A stretch of DNA of 57,396 nt, from positions 1-57,396 of the forward strand of contig JAFGGO010000162.1 of assembly GCA_016930515.1 (NCBI GenBank), read 5' to 3'. The translations under genes and the position numbers were made by a program. Numbering within the stretch: position 1 is the first letter of the stretch; each line of letters begins with the position of its first letter. This document shows positions 1 to 10,737 of the stretch, piece after piece. The DNA is from Promethearchaeota archaeon. Lineage in GTDB: Archaea > Asgardarchaeota > Lokiarchaeia > Sigyniarchaeales > SOKP01. Below the pieces are notes generated by a model. It searched no databases. It worked only from the letters and a program-made list of their open reading frames with translations, and was not told the origin of the DNA.

Positions 1-507
1 AATTTTCCAATCTATAGAATTATTCCTGAAGGGGACGACTCCGTACCTGACGATGGCAATTCCGTTCCTGACGAAGAGGATTCCCCTCCTGATGATAGCA
101 TGTTTGTGTTTATAATAATCGGGGTTTTTCTCGGAAGCGCCCTTTTTATTACATTTGGAATTTATAGGGGCATTAAAATCAAAAAATCTAAATCAATTGA
201 AGAACCAGTCTTAGGATCAACTCAAAAAATAAGCTCCAAAACAAAGTCCCAGGATGTCAAATTATACAACGAAAGTATTAGAAAAAATCCAACAATAAAT
301 CAATATCTTGAAAGCAATGTTTCTATTGACGAAATTCCTAACAGAGATAAGCTGATAGCAATTATTCTAAAAAAAAAGGAGATTCAGAAGATAAACGCCA
401 TTGATTTACCGACTGAAGACAAGAAGAAATTTATAATGGAAATTCTTTCATTAAGTTCGAAAGATAGAAAAGCAATGTTAAACGAGTTATTAAAAAAATC
501 CAAGTAA
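1..507 (+). CDS. 3' part (truncated at window edge) of a membrane-anchored surface protein, paralog of the 1209..5291 beta-helix protein
   Basis: Frame 1 is open from base 1 (NFPIYRIIPEGDDSVPDD...). Bases 1-29 are identical to 4431-4459. An acidic linker, a TM helix and a cytoplasmic tail align with the tail of the downstream 1360-aa protein. Confidence 0.85.
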   Translation, partial: NFPIYRIIPEGDDSVPDDGNSVPDEEDSPPDDSMFVFIIIGVFLGSALFITFGIYRGIKIKKSKSIEEPVLGSTQKISSKTKSQDVKLYNESIRKNPTINQYLESNVSIDEIPNRDKLIAIILKKKEIQKINAIDLPTEDKKKFIMEILSLSSKDRKAMLNELLKKSK

Positions 508-753
508 TTAAATTATAATAATCACTTTGGGTTCTTACTTTTTGCGTTAGGTCATAGTCAGAAGATTCATAATTCAATCTAAATCGCCTGCCACGAGGAT
601 TTTGTTAATATTTAACATTATTTTTTTATTTTTTCAGATGGTAATTCACGAAAAGGACCTTTTCTCATAAAATTTGATTAAAAAAATAAAAATTTCAAAC
701 TTGGTCCAATGGGGTTTATTACTACTCGCGTCCGTGAGTCTAGTAAATAAATA

Positions 754-1212
754 TTGATCGTGATAAATTTGATGATGAATAATTATATCGAATTAGAAGA
801 TGAGATTTTAAAACAAGTAAACCAGTTGCTAACAAAACAGTCTAATTTAACCATAAAAAGCATACTAAAAAAAATAAGTAAAAACATCAGTAAAGTTTTT
901 TTCGTAAAAATACAAGACATAGAAGCAATCTTAAAAACACTAATTAAAAAAAACAAGATTGTGATTACCATAGAACAGTCTCAGGACTCTTTTCAAAACC
1001 AGGTGGACAGAAAAAAATTATTTACTTATATTCATAACTACCCTGGAAAATCAATAGAAGAACTATGTCGAGCATTGAACTTGACTCGAAATCAGGTGAT
1101 TTGGCACCTCACATTTCTAAAAAAGATACAATACATTTGGGAATTAAAGAACAAGAAAGAAAGCTTTTATTTTCCAAACAATAACCAAATTGGAGGCGTG
1201 ATAATAAAATGA
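754..1212 (+). CDS. Tandem winged-helix (wHTH) DNA-binding protein
   Basis: C-terminal motif RKKLFTYIHNYPGKSIEELCRALNLTRNQVIWHLTFL is a wHTH. The stop overlaps the next start (ATGA). True start may be ATG 772 or 775. Confidence 0.75.
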   Translation: MIVINLMMNNYIELEDEILKQVNQLLTKQSNLTIKSILKKISKNISKVFFVKIQDIEAILKTLIKKNKIVITIEQSQDSFQNQVDRKKLFTYIHNYPGKSIEELCRALNLTRNQVIWHLTFLKKIQYIWELKNKKESFYFPNNNQIGGVIIK

Positions 1213-4200
1213 AAAACAAAAAATTAAAGACCAGGTTAATTGCTTTAATATCCTTATTTTTAATCGCATTTTTTTTTAATATTAATGCGAGAAATGAAAT
1301 GAGAGAAAACAGAAATATGAATGCCATCACTTTTGATTATAATTTATCTGATAATTGGTATATCGCAGGAAATATTATCATTAACGATACAAATCCTAAT
1401 TTCAATTGGACTTATACTAATATAACTTACGAATGGTGCAATGGAGCGGGTAGCTGGGACGATCCATATATTATAGAAAATGTTTCAATAGATGCAGGAG
1501 GGTCTGGAAGTGGCATTATAATCTTAAACTCTAATGTTCATTTTATAATAAGAAATTGTTCAATTTATAACACGGGTATCAACCTTCAAGATGCTGCGAT
1601 AAAACTTATTAATGTCAATAATAGTAAAATAATTGATAATTATTTCTTGGATATTGATGGACATGGAATTTGGTTAAAGGATTACTGCACAAACAATACA
1701 ATTTCGGATAATGATCTTCTCGAAACGGGCTCCTCAAGTTATAACTACATGAGGAATGGGATCTACTTGTATAATCATAGCAATAATAACACGATAGCAG
1801 GAAATTATCTGTATAGGGTTGGTTACTTAAGCGATCAAAGTGGAATTCAATTAGAAAATCACTGTAATTTTAATAAGATTAAAAGTAACATTATTGATCG
1901 AGGTCGTGAAAATGGAATTTTTATTGTAAACGATTCCATTTCAAATCAAATAAATAATAACACACTATTCCTTAATGAACTTCACGGAATTTATTTCAGA
2001 AATAACTGTAGCTATAATAATATTACGAATAATCAGATCTATAACAATGGCGGAAATGGGATTTTCGTGGAAGATAACTGCGATAATTACACTATTTTTA
2101 ACAATACTATAGACTACAATAATATTGGAATCGAACTTGGGTATACTCCATGTGATAATTTTCTGATTTATAATAATACATTTAATGAAAATTCCGAATA
2201 TGGGATTCACACCTATTATTCTACTAATATTCAGTTATGGGATAATAAATTCTACAATTGCGGGGTAGTAGTACAATCAGATAATATTACTCAATATCAA
2301 TCTTATTCAATACCAACATCTAATACCGTTAATGGAAAAAAAGTGTATTATTGTTTAGAACAATCCAATATGAATTCGTCTGATTTTCCTGACGCAGGTC
2401 AAATAATCTTAATCGATTCTAGCGATATAAATCTAACGGATCTTGATTTTACTTATTGTTCAACAGGAATTTATATCCGAAACACCAGATTTAAACCAGA
2501 TCTTCCGTGTTATTATATACTTTCAAATATAACTCTACAAGGAAATATCGAGGGAATTCATATAGGAAATATCAATTATGTCAATATTTCTGACATAATA
2601 GCAATTGGAAACCAAGAAGGTATCTATATGGAGGATTGTTTTGATATTAAGATTTCTAATATAAATTTAACTGGAAATATCAATGGAATTAGTTCATGGA
2701 GGAACGATCATATCAACTTCTTAAATATTACTGCAATTAGGAATTATAATGGTATCGAATTGCATTATAGTCATATTAATAATGTTATAAATTGTACTCT
2801 CAACGATAATACTAATTCTGGTTTATGGATGTCTGGTTGTCAAGGAAATAGCATATCAGATAATCAAATGCGGTTTAATAAAGGGAGCCAGGGAAGCGTA
2901 TATCTTAGCTACGGCAGAAATAATAATGTATTTAATAATTGTATAAGCGAAAACGCTCAATATGGAATATATGTCACTAACAATATTGGTCATAATTATG
3001 TCTTTAGAAACGATATATCAAATAACAATAAATCAGGGATATATGTAGGTTCTTATGAAAGCGATCTTCATATTGTTAATAATACGATTTCCTTTAACGA
3101 TGGATCTGGAATTGAATTTCGAAATTACTGTAATAATAACAACATAACTGGAAATGAAATTTATAATAATAGCAAAAACGGGATAATGACGCTTCAATGC
3201 AATGATATCTATGTAAATGGGAATCGAATCCATGATAATAGAGAAAGCGGAATTTATATTTCTGGTAGTCATGACAACTATATTTATTACAATTCCATTT
3301 ATGAGAACCAACAAAATGGGATATACATATATTATAATTCTTATAACAACATCGTTTTAGGAAATTTTATAATTGATAATAAGCAATACGGAGTTTTTAT
3401 CAGTGAAAGCACAAGCAACACTTTAGAATATAATAAATTTATATCCTGTGGTTTATATGTCATTGGTTACTATGGACATCATGGACATTACACTTCAAAC
3501 CAGATTGATACGACTAATACGGTAAACGATAAACGCCTGTATTATTTCGTGAATCAAGACGGATTAGACATAAACGCCATCATGGATCCTGGACAGATAT
3601 TTCTATATAATTGTAGCAATTCAAATATTTCAAATGTTAATGTTTCAGATTGCTCAATAGGAATCGTGCTAATTCTTTCTAATAACATTACTATAGCAAC
3701 CACGACCAGTTCAAATAATAAAATCCACGGGATTTATTTAAGAGATTCCTATAACTGCACTTTAATTGGTAATATCGTGAATTTCAATGGACAAGACGGT
3801 ATAAACTTGTATAGTTATTCGGTCGAGATTACTGGTAATATCATAAATTACAATTCAGACGATGGAATAGAGGCAAATTTTGGGGGTTATATGAATAAAC
3901 ATAATATTGATAAAAATGAAATTAATCATAATGGAGATAATGGAATCTATATATTACAGTCATGGAGAGCAAATATTACTGGAAATACAATTGAATATAA
4001 TAATAATGACGGAATTTTGCTGTTTTATACGTGTGAGGAGTTTGTAATATCAAATAATTCTTTGTCTTATAATTATGGAAATGGATTTAATTCATATGAT
4101 ATGGGATTTGATAATTATCTATTGAAGAATAAAATTGTTAGTAATCAAAAAAACGGTATTTATCTACAATTTGCTTTCGGGTATAATATCACCGAAAATG

Positions 4201-5291
4201 AAATTCATTCAAATTTACAGGGAGGAATATTTACATATTCATGGAATTGCACTATATGGAATAATAGTATCATTGATAATGGTATTAACGCAATTGATAA
4301 TGGAACGAACAATTACTGGGACAATGGAAGTATGGGAAATTATTGGGACGATTATTCGGGGCAAGACAATAACAATGACGGAATAGGAGATACGCCTTAC
4401 TACATCTCAGGCTCGGCACTTTCTCAAGACAATTTTCCAATCTATAGAATTATTCCTGACAATGACGATCATGTTCCTGACGATTACGTTCCTGACAATG
4501 AAGATTCCGTTCAAGATGAAGATGGTGATGATGACGATTCTCCTGGTGAAAATTTGCTTGAGAATAATACGATTATATTTATTGTAAGCGGAATTGCTAT
4601 CGGAAGCGTTTTTGCTACCGCATTTGGGGTTTATAAGGGCTCTGTTATCAAGAAATCCCGTTCCATTAAAGAACCGCTCTTGGGAACGCCTAAAAAAGAC
4701 ATGTATAAATTTAAGTCTCAGGATATTGAATTTTATGACGAGACTATTAAAAAAAACCCATTAATAACTCAATATCTTGAGACCGATATTTCAATCGATC
4801 ACATTCCCAAAGGAGATCAACTGATAGCAACAATTCTTGATAAAGACGAAATACGAAAGATTAACGCCGTCAATTTACCAACTGCGGATAAGCAGAGATT
4901 TATCGTGGAAATTCTTGGATTAGACTCAAAAGAACGGAGTTCAATATTGGATGAATTGTTAAAAGAATCGAATTCGCTCGATGTTTTAGGAATGGAATTC
5001 GTAGGCATATCTTCAATAAAGAACCATAAATTAAAGACCACGCCAAAATCTTTCATTGAAACCGAAGAACCGAAATTGGATGATATTTACAAAAAGCAAG
5101 AATTTGACAATACTGAATCCGAAATTGAGGTAAAAAAACCGGAATTTTTCTGTTTAGTTCATAAAGGTCAGGTAAAGGGGGAAAATGTGTATTTATGCCC
5201 CCATTGCAACGCTTTTTATTGCAAAGAATGCGTAGAGGTACTGAGACATAGGGGGGAGAAATGTTGGTTATGCAACAAGCCTCTTAATTAA
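1209..5291 (+). CDS. Large cell-surface right-handed beta-helix (NosD/CASH) protein with TM anchor and cytoplasmic RING-like Zn finger
   Basis: N-terminal signal peptide, many Asn-rich parallel beta-helix repeats (GIYL...NNTI), NosD-type end motif GNYWDDYSG.D.NNDGIGDTPY, acidic linker, TM helix, C-terminal C-x2-H-x11-C-x2-C-x4-C-x2-C-x10-C-x2-C. Confidence 0.88.
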   Translation: MKNKKLKTRLIALISLFLIAFFFNINARNEMRENRNMNAITFDYNLSDNWYIAGNIIINDTNPNFNWTYTNITYEWCNGAGSWDDPYIIENVSIDAGGSGSGIIILNSNVHFIIRNCSIYNTGINLQDAAIKLINVNNSKIIDNYFLDIDGHGIWLKDYCTNNTISDNDLLETGSSSYNYMRNGIYLYNHSNNNTIAGNYLYRVGYLSDQSGIQLENHCNFNKIKSNIIDRGRENGIFIVNDSISNQINNNTLFLNELHGIYFRNNCSYNNITNNQIYNNGGNGIFVEDNCDNYTIFNNTIDYNNIGIELGYTPCDNFLIYNNTFNENSEYGIHTYYSTNIQLWDNKFYNCGVVVQSDNITQYQSYSIPTSNTVNGKKVYYCLEQSNMNSSDFPDAGQIILIDSSDINLTDLDFTYCSTGIYIRNTRFKPDLPCYYILSNITLQGNIEGIHIGNINYVNISDIIAIGNQEGIYMEDCFDIKISNINLTGNINGISSWRNDHINFLNITAIRNYNGIELHYSHINNVINCTLNDNTNSGLWMSGCQGNSISDNQMRFNKGSQGSVYLSYGRNNNVFNNCISENAQYGIYVTNNIGHNYVFRNDISNNNKSGIYVGSYESDLHIVNNTISFNDGSGIEFRNYCNNNNITGNEIYNNSKNGIMTLQCNDIYVNGNRIHDNRESGIYISGSHDNYIYYNSIYENQQNGIYIYYNSYNNIVLGNFIIDNKQYGVFISESTSNTLEYNKFISCGLYVIGYYGHHGHYTSNQIDTTNTVNDKRLYYFVNQDGLDINAIMDPGQIFLYNCSNSNISNVNVSDCSIGIVLILSNNITIATTTSSNNKIHGIYLRDSYNCTLIGNIVNFNGQDGINLYSYSVEITGNIINYNSDDGIEANFGGYMNKHNIDKNEINHNGDNGIYILQSWRANITGNTIEYNNNDGILLFYTCEEFVISNNSLSYNYGNGFNSYDMGFDNYLLKNKIVSNQKNGIYLQFAFGYNITENEIHSNLQGGIFTYSWNCTIWNNSIIDNGINAIDNGTNNYWDNGSMGNYWDDYSGQDNNNDGIGDTPYYISGSALSQDNFPIYRIIPDNDDHVPDDYVPDNEDSVQDEDGDDDDSPGENLLENNTIIFIVSGIAIGSVFATAFGVYKGSVIKKSRSIKEPLLGTPKKDMYKFKSQDIEFYDETIKKNPLITQYLETDISIDHIPKGDQLIATILDKDEIRKINAVNLPTADKQRFIVEILGLDSKERSSILDELLKESNSLDVLGMEFVGISSIKNHKLKTTPKSFIETEEPKLDDIYKKQEFDNTESEIEVKKPEFFCLVHKGQVKGENVYLCPHCNAFYCKECVEVLRHRGEKCWLCNKPLN

Positions 5292-5842
5292 ATATCTTAA
5301 TAATTGAGACGATAACTCTCGTCATTTATTTTATCTTTTTATCTTTTTTTTAAATTAAGTTTTTCCAATAGATTCAGATCTAAATCCAATAAGAATTTCA
5401 AATGAGAAATATGATCTGACTATAAAGTAAAGAGAAAAGAAATCAAAAATGTCAAAAGGGGTGTTTTTTAAATTTCATAAAATTCAAAGAAGTCAAAAAA
5501 ATCGTAATAGAATGGTTCCAATAAAACCTCTGAAAGTGATGAAAAATACGAGGAGAACGTTTAAAGGATCACAATCATTATATCTCCTTAACTCTATTCC
5601 GAAGAATAGGGGGTAGAAAAAATGCTAAAAAAGTTCGAAAGTAATAAAAGGTCTGATACGATGACGCCTGAGATGAGGAAACAAAGAAGGATCTCGAAGA
5701 TTCAAGACAGGAGATCTATAATGGAACCTGAAACTGGGCTTGAAATCGAAGACGATTATTAATCTAAATCCTCTTTTTAAAGCATTTCGATAGAATTACT
5801 TCATCTTTTTTTTAATTTTTACTCTCGTTTTAAGTAAATTTG

Positions 5843-7345
5843 TCAATATTTAAGCTTGTTTTCCCATATTTTTCTTGTTTCCTCTTGAATTTTTTCTCTT
5901 ACTTTGCATTCTTCTCCAAGAATCATAGTGCTTCTTTTTTCAAGATCGTAAGGTGGCCATTCTGGGATATTGCTGTGGTTTGGATTACCCGTGTGAGCGA
6001 AAGAAATCCAAGCGTCCATTATTTTATCACTGATTTGCTTAACTTTAAGACCTGAGCCTGAAAATTTTGCGATACGACTATTTTCGTGAGTTCCAAAAAC
6101 GAAGGCTAATTCGAGAGCGTGGCAGGAACCTAGCTTTCCATCAAATAAGGGGGATTTCCACATAAAAAGGTAATTATATGCGTTTTTTCCGTACTTAACT
6201 TGAGCGCTCAACATATCAATGGAATACATACGAAACATGAGATCAGTAGCGACAGCATTTAAAATGTCCAGATTATTAGATGTATTCCACAAAGACTTAT
6301 ACATTTCCAAAATTGATGATAATTTTTCTTTTTCAACACCGTTCATCAAGAAATAGCCAAAAATGACTTTTAGATGCTCTTCATCGCTCATTTTAAGCAC
6401 TCGTTCAACAAGAGTGAATAATGTTGCCTCATTTAGGTTGGTACCTATGATAATATCGATATCCTTGCATTGACCGTTTCTAAATGCCTCAATAGGGTGA
6501 CAAGGTACGATTTTGCCGTCAATTAATGGTCTGAAAGTAAGACCCATTTCTTTTCCAAGGATTTCGTTCTGAACTTCGATTATCTTTTCGACAGGTATGT
6601 ATTGTATTTGCTCAAAATTTTCCTTCTTCACGCCTAATTTGCGCAAGATTGCTTTCGAGATTTTTTCGCTCGATGAAGGGTCGAAATAAGGCACGCTTTG
6701 CACTATAATTCTTCGAAAAAGACCTTTAGCAATTGGCATTACGGGATAGGTAGATACTGAAAGGGCACCTGCGGATTCTCCAAAGACCGTGATATTCTCA
6801 GGATCTCCGCCAAAAAATTCAATATTTTCTTTAACCCATTTGAGCGCTAGCACTTGATCGAGGAGCCCGTTGTTTACAGTAATTTCCTTGATAAATAAAA
6901 ATCCTAAAGCCCCGAGGCGATAATTTATTGTTACCACGACCACATCTCCACGATGAGCAAGATGAGTTCCATCGTAAAAAGGATCTCTTGCTCCCCCTAT
7001 GATGAAGGCGCCCCCATGAACCCAAAACATGACCGGGCGTTTTTTATTATCCGTTCCTGGAGTCCAGATGTTCAGAGTCAAGCAATCTTCGCTTTCTGGT
7101 ATGAGTTTACCAAACCATTCCTCTAAGTGAGTATATCCTTGAAACGAACAGGGACTAAATTTAGATGCATCTAACACAGAATTCCATGGTTTTTTTTCCA
7201 CCGGAGATTTAAAACGTAATTCTCCTATGGGAGGTTCGGCGTAAGGAATGCCTTTAAAAATTGTAATGTTGTTTTCCACATAACCTTTTACTTTTCCTAC
7301 TTTAGTCTCTACTATTTCAGACTTTTTTTCTTCTGTTATTGTCAT
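5843..7345 (-). CDS. Type-B carboxylesterase (p-nitrobenzyl esterase-like)
   Basis: FKGIPYAEPP, SEDCLTLNIW, HGGAF oxyanion hole, FGESAG nucleophile, GTNLNE and GSCHALEL triad motifs. Confidence 0.93.
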   Translation of the reverse strand: MTITEEKKSEIVETKVGKVKGYVENNITIFKGIPYAEPPIGELRFKSPVEKKPWNSVLDASKFSPCSFQGYTHLEEWFGKLIPESEDCLTLNIWTPGTDNKKRPVMFWVHGGAFIIGGARDPFYDGTHLAHRGDVVVVTINYRLGALGFLFIKEITVNNGLLDQVLALKWVKENIEFFGGDPENITVFGESAGALSVSTYPVMPIAKGLFRRIIVQSVPYFDPSSSEKISKAILRKLGVKKENFEQIQYIPVEKIIEVQNEILGKEMGLTFRPLIDGKIVPCHPIEAFRNGQCKDIDIIIGTNLNEATLFTLVERVLKMSDEEHLKVIFGYFLMNGVEKEKLSSILEMYKSLWNTSNNLDILNAVATDLMFRMYSIDMLSAQVKYGKNAYNYLFMWKSPLFDGKLGSCHALELAFVFGTHENSRIAKFSGSGLKVKQISDKIMDAWISFAHTGNPNHSNIPEWPPYDLEKRSTMILGEECKVREKIQEETRKIWENKLKY

Positions 7346-7823
7346 TTGAATTCATTTTTTCGTTTAAAAACCTGTTGATTGATAATTAAGATTTTATTCT
7401 TAATTAAGGTATATTTTGATTTTTAAAAGAAATGGAAAAAGAAGAGAAAAGTGTAGAAAAAGTTGGGATAGGGCGTAAATATCAAAAATGTACCAATATA
7501 ACAAAGTTGGGGGATTTTAAGAGATTAAAACATACTTGAAATGCATTTTCTAAGGTTAAATTTGAACCCTATAATTATTTTCTACACTTTTTTAAAATTG
7601 TGAATTTGAATATTGTTAATTGATCATTACTTTTAAAAGTTATCAATACTAGACATTGCTATTTATGGAAACCAAAGTGAGGATATTCCATTTGCTCGTT
7701 TTTTTTTGTTATGAGTCATTGGAATGATCGTATTCGTTGATTAATTGATCATTTATGTAAAGATCTTATTTCAAATCCTATAGAAGTATGACGGATAAAT
7801 GCTAATATTATGTATATAGGAAT

Positions 7824-8567
7824 TTATTTAAAAAGTTTTTGAATCCAACTTGGGTCATTTCTTAAACTTTCGTACTCCTTAATATTTCCAAAATCTCCCC
7901 TGAAGGCTCCTATCTCCATTTTAAGCACGCGAACCTTCCAATTGCGTAGTAAGATTCCTTGATTGAGGGCTTTCGTAAGCTCTAGTTCTCCTCTTTCAGA
8001 TACTTCAATTTCTTCTAATACACTAAAAATTTCCCTTGAAAGCACAAAAACACCGCAATTGTTTAATTTTGTGGTTCCAGTTCCTTTAGGCTCTTTTTCA
8101 ACGATTTTATGGCAGAAAGTATCAACACAATAAACAGCACCACCCTTAGAAAGATCCTCTTTATGGTTTGCAACCATTACATAATCGTACTTTTCAACCT
8201 CATGCAATTGACGCACCATCATATAGGTCCTAAAAGGAACCAAGATATCTCCCCAGACGAGAAATAAATGCGATTCACTTACAAAATCTTTACAAGCCAG
8301 TAAAGCACCGCCCGTACCATTAAGTTTTTCTTGTACAACATATGTTATATTGATCTTCCACCTGGATCCGTCTTGGAAATAATCTATAATTTGATTTTTT
8401 AGGTAATTTACAACTAAAATAAATTCCTTAAATCCTGCAAACATCAATGCCTTAATGATATATTCGAGTAAGGGTTGTCCATGTACGGGAATCATTGTTT
8501 TTTGAATAACATTAGTATAAGGCTTCATTCGTGTCCCATATCCTGCACAAAGAATGATTGCCTTCAT
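7824..8567 (-). CDS. Sugar-phosphate nucleotidyltransferase (NTP_transferase family)
   Basis: MKAIILCAGYGTRMKP...K, QEKLNGTGGA, WGD, ERGELEL motifs. Confidence 0.88.
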   Translation of the reverse strand: MKAIILCAGYGTRMKPYTNVIQKTMIPVHGQPLLEYIIKALMFAGFKEFILVVNYLKNQIIDYFQDGSRWKINITYVVQEKLNGTGGALLACKDFVSESHLFLVWGDILVPFRTYMMVRQLHEVEKYDYVMVANHKEDLSKGGAVYCVDTFCHKIVEKEPKGTGTTKLNNCGVFVLSREIFSVLEEIEVSERGELELTKALNQGILLRNWKVRVLKMEIGAFRGDFGNIKEYESLRNDPSWIQKLFK

Positions 8568-8776
8568 AACATTCTACCAAAAATCAAGTAGCTATATTGC
8601 ATTTTGTTCATTATGGATTATATTTGTATTGTTCATAAAAGTAGTTTTCTTTATTGTCAATACAAAATATTATGGCGATATTACAATCTTCTTTAATGTT
8701 ATTCAGATAATATTATCATGCTCAATATCACGAGTTATCTTAATTCAAGAAAATAATTTCTACTCTGCTGAGATTC

Positions 8777-9559
8777 ATGATTAGGGATATCGTTATCATA
8801 AAGGACGGCTTACCCTTGTTTTCGAAACATATTAACGACACTGAAGCAGTTTTATCGGATGTATTTACCGAGAACAACGATATCATCATGATGTCTGGAT
8901 TTTTTTCAGCCTTAAACTCGTTTTCAGAAGAGTTTGATAATTTTGGACCTATTCGAGAACTGAAATTACTAAATACTGAATTAAAACTATCGTTTTTAAA
9001 AGACAGTAAAATCTCAAATCTCATTTATCTGGCTACTTTCGACGAAAGTTCAAAGGGCGTAAATGTTCAACGAGTATTAAGAAAAATATCTCGTTCCTTT
9101 TTAGAGATCTATGGAGAAAAAAAGATAGAAAATTGGAGCGGCAAAAGCGACTCTTTTATAGCAATGAATGAAGTTGTCGACCAATTTGCAAGAGAAGAAA
9201 TTGTCGAGACGGAAATAGAATTTAAAGAAAAAGTCGTTGATCTTTTCAAGAATGTTGAAGATAAACTCAATTCTGGCAAACAAGAGAAAGAGGAAGATAA
9301 AAAAATTATAGAAAATCAGGAGATTAATAATCAAAAATTCAACAATTACTACTCGTTCGTTCCTTTTTTCAAGTCGTCAAGAAAGATTAATCCTCGTTAC
9401 TATCTTACGGGAGAAACATCACAAAAGGTATTCAGGCAAATTAATGGAGAAAAAACGATAGATCAAATTGCTCGGGAGTTACATTTAAACCAGGAACAAG
9501 TTTATAGCGTATGTAAAAATTTGATCAAGATCGGTTTTATATCCTTAAATATTTGTTGA
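8777..9559 (+). CDS. Longin-like domain protein with C-terminal winged helix
   Basis: N-terminus IVIIKDGLPLFS...MMSGFFSALNSFSEEF...IRELKL fits the longin fold. C-terminus INGEKTIDQIARELHLNQEQVYSVCKNLIKIGFI is a wHTH. Confidence 0.7.
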   Translation: MIRDIVIIKDGLPLFSKHINDTEAVLSDVFTENNDIIMMSGFFSALNSFSEEFDNFGPIRELKLLNTELKLSFLKDSKISNLIYLATFDESSKGVNVQRVLRKISRSFLEIYGEKKIENWSGKSDSFIAMNEVVDQFAREEIVETEIEFKEKVVDLFKNVEDKLNSGKQEKEEDKKIIENQEINNQKFNNYYSFVPFFKSSRKINPRYYLTGETSQKVFRQINGEKTIDQIARELHLNQEQVYSVCKNLIKIGFISLNIC

Positions 9560-9592
9560 GTGTCGTTTAAAAGTAAAAATCAAAAAGGAATT

Positions 9593-9904
9593 TTATCTGT
9601 GTTTTTTCTTTTGTTTTTGTTTTTTCCTTTGACGCTCTTTCTCTTTGACAGTTTCTTCCAATTTTTGTAATAATTTTTCGCTTTCTTCGCTTCCTTGAAA
9701 TTGAAAAACGCCTGAAATCTTACTATCTTCTTTTTCTCCTGATGTAGATATTTTTTCAAACGATAAAATAATGGGATTATCCTGTTTTAGAGCTTGATTG
9801 ACGAAATTAATGAATCCAAGGTGTTTAGACGGAGCGATGTTGAATTTAACGCTCATTTCCTTGTCGTTTTTTGTTTTCGTTTTGAGTATGAGTCGTAATT
9901 TCAT
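9593..9904 (-). CDS. Hypothetical protein with basic C-terminal tail
   Basis: 103-aa ATG ORF filling the gap between neighbours; no recognised motif. Confidence 0.6.
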   Translation of the reverse strand: MKLRLILKTKTKNDKEMSVKFNIAPSKHLGFINFVNQALKQDNPIILSFEKISTSGEKEDSKISGVFQFQGSEESEKLLQKLEETVKEKERQRKKQKQKKKHR

Positions 9905-10111
9905 AGAATGTTCACTTCTATTGAAAGAATTATAGATTAAAAATAATGTGGATAAAAAAAAAAATTTGCGCTTTTGGTAAAAAAATAAGGTCTAAATGAA
10001 AATGAAAAAACGATCTGGAAAAAGCCTGCATTAAAGCATACTCATGCAATTTTTTTAAAGCAATCAAAAATAATACTATCCTAATTGTTTAATAACTTAA
10101 AATACCATATC

Positions 10112-10726
10112 ATGCCATCAAGATTTAGAGTTAGATACATATTTCGACCACTAGTTAAACTTATTGCTAGGGGTGCAAATAAAATTGGACTTTCTCCAAA
10201 TATGGTAACTTGTCTCATGTTGGTTTTCGCTTGCATGAGTTTTATGTTCTTAGTGATATTTACGAATTATTTGCTTTTTTCCATTTTTGTATTTTGTACG
10301 GGAATTTTTGATGGCGTTGACGGTGCTTTGGCGCGAATGACAGGTAAAGCAACGAAAAAAGGAGCGTTTTTCGATTCAACAATGGATAGAGTTTCAGAGT
10401 TTGTCATTTTTTTTGCCTTGCTTCTTCATTTTTGGAACTTTCTTTTTCTAGGTATTGACATGAAATTATTCGTTTTTATCTTATTTCTCGGTTCGATAAT
10501 GATAAGCTATTCAAGAGCGAGAATTGAGAACTTTTCCGATGGAGATTTCGATATTGGGCTCATGGCTCGATCTGAAAGGTTATTTTATTTGGTTATCACG
10601 AGTTTAATTTCATTTTTTTTTGGTTATTTCGAGTTTTTTGTTTTTATTTTCATGTGGTTAGTAATTTTAACAGCCTTCTACCGATTTATTAATTTCAAGC
10701 GTATTTTAAAAAGCATGACTAATTAA
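10112..10726 (+). CDS. CDP-alcohol phosphatidyltransferase (archaetidylinositol-phosphate synthase-like)
   Basis: SPNMVT and the family signature DGVDGALAR...GAFFDSTMDR. ATG at 10112 preferred over TTG at 10085. Confidence 0.9.
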   Translation: MPSRFRVRYIFRPLVKLIARGANKIGLSPNMVTCLMLVFACMSFMFLVIFTNYLLFSIFVFCTGIFDGVDGALARMTGKATKKGAFFDSTMDRVSEFVIFFALLLHFWNFLFLGIDMKLFVFILFLGSIMISYSRARIENFSDGDFDIGLMARSERLFYLVITSLISFFFGYFEFFVFIFMWLVILTAFYRFINFKRILKSMTN

Positions 10727-10737
10727 ATCATAAACCT

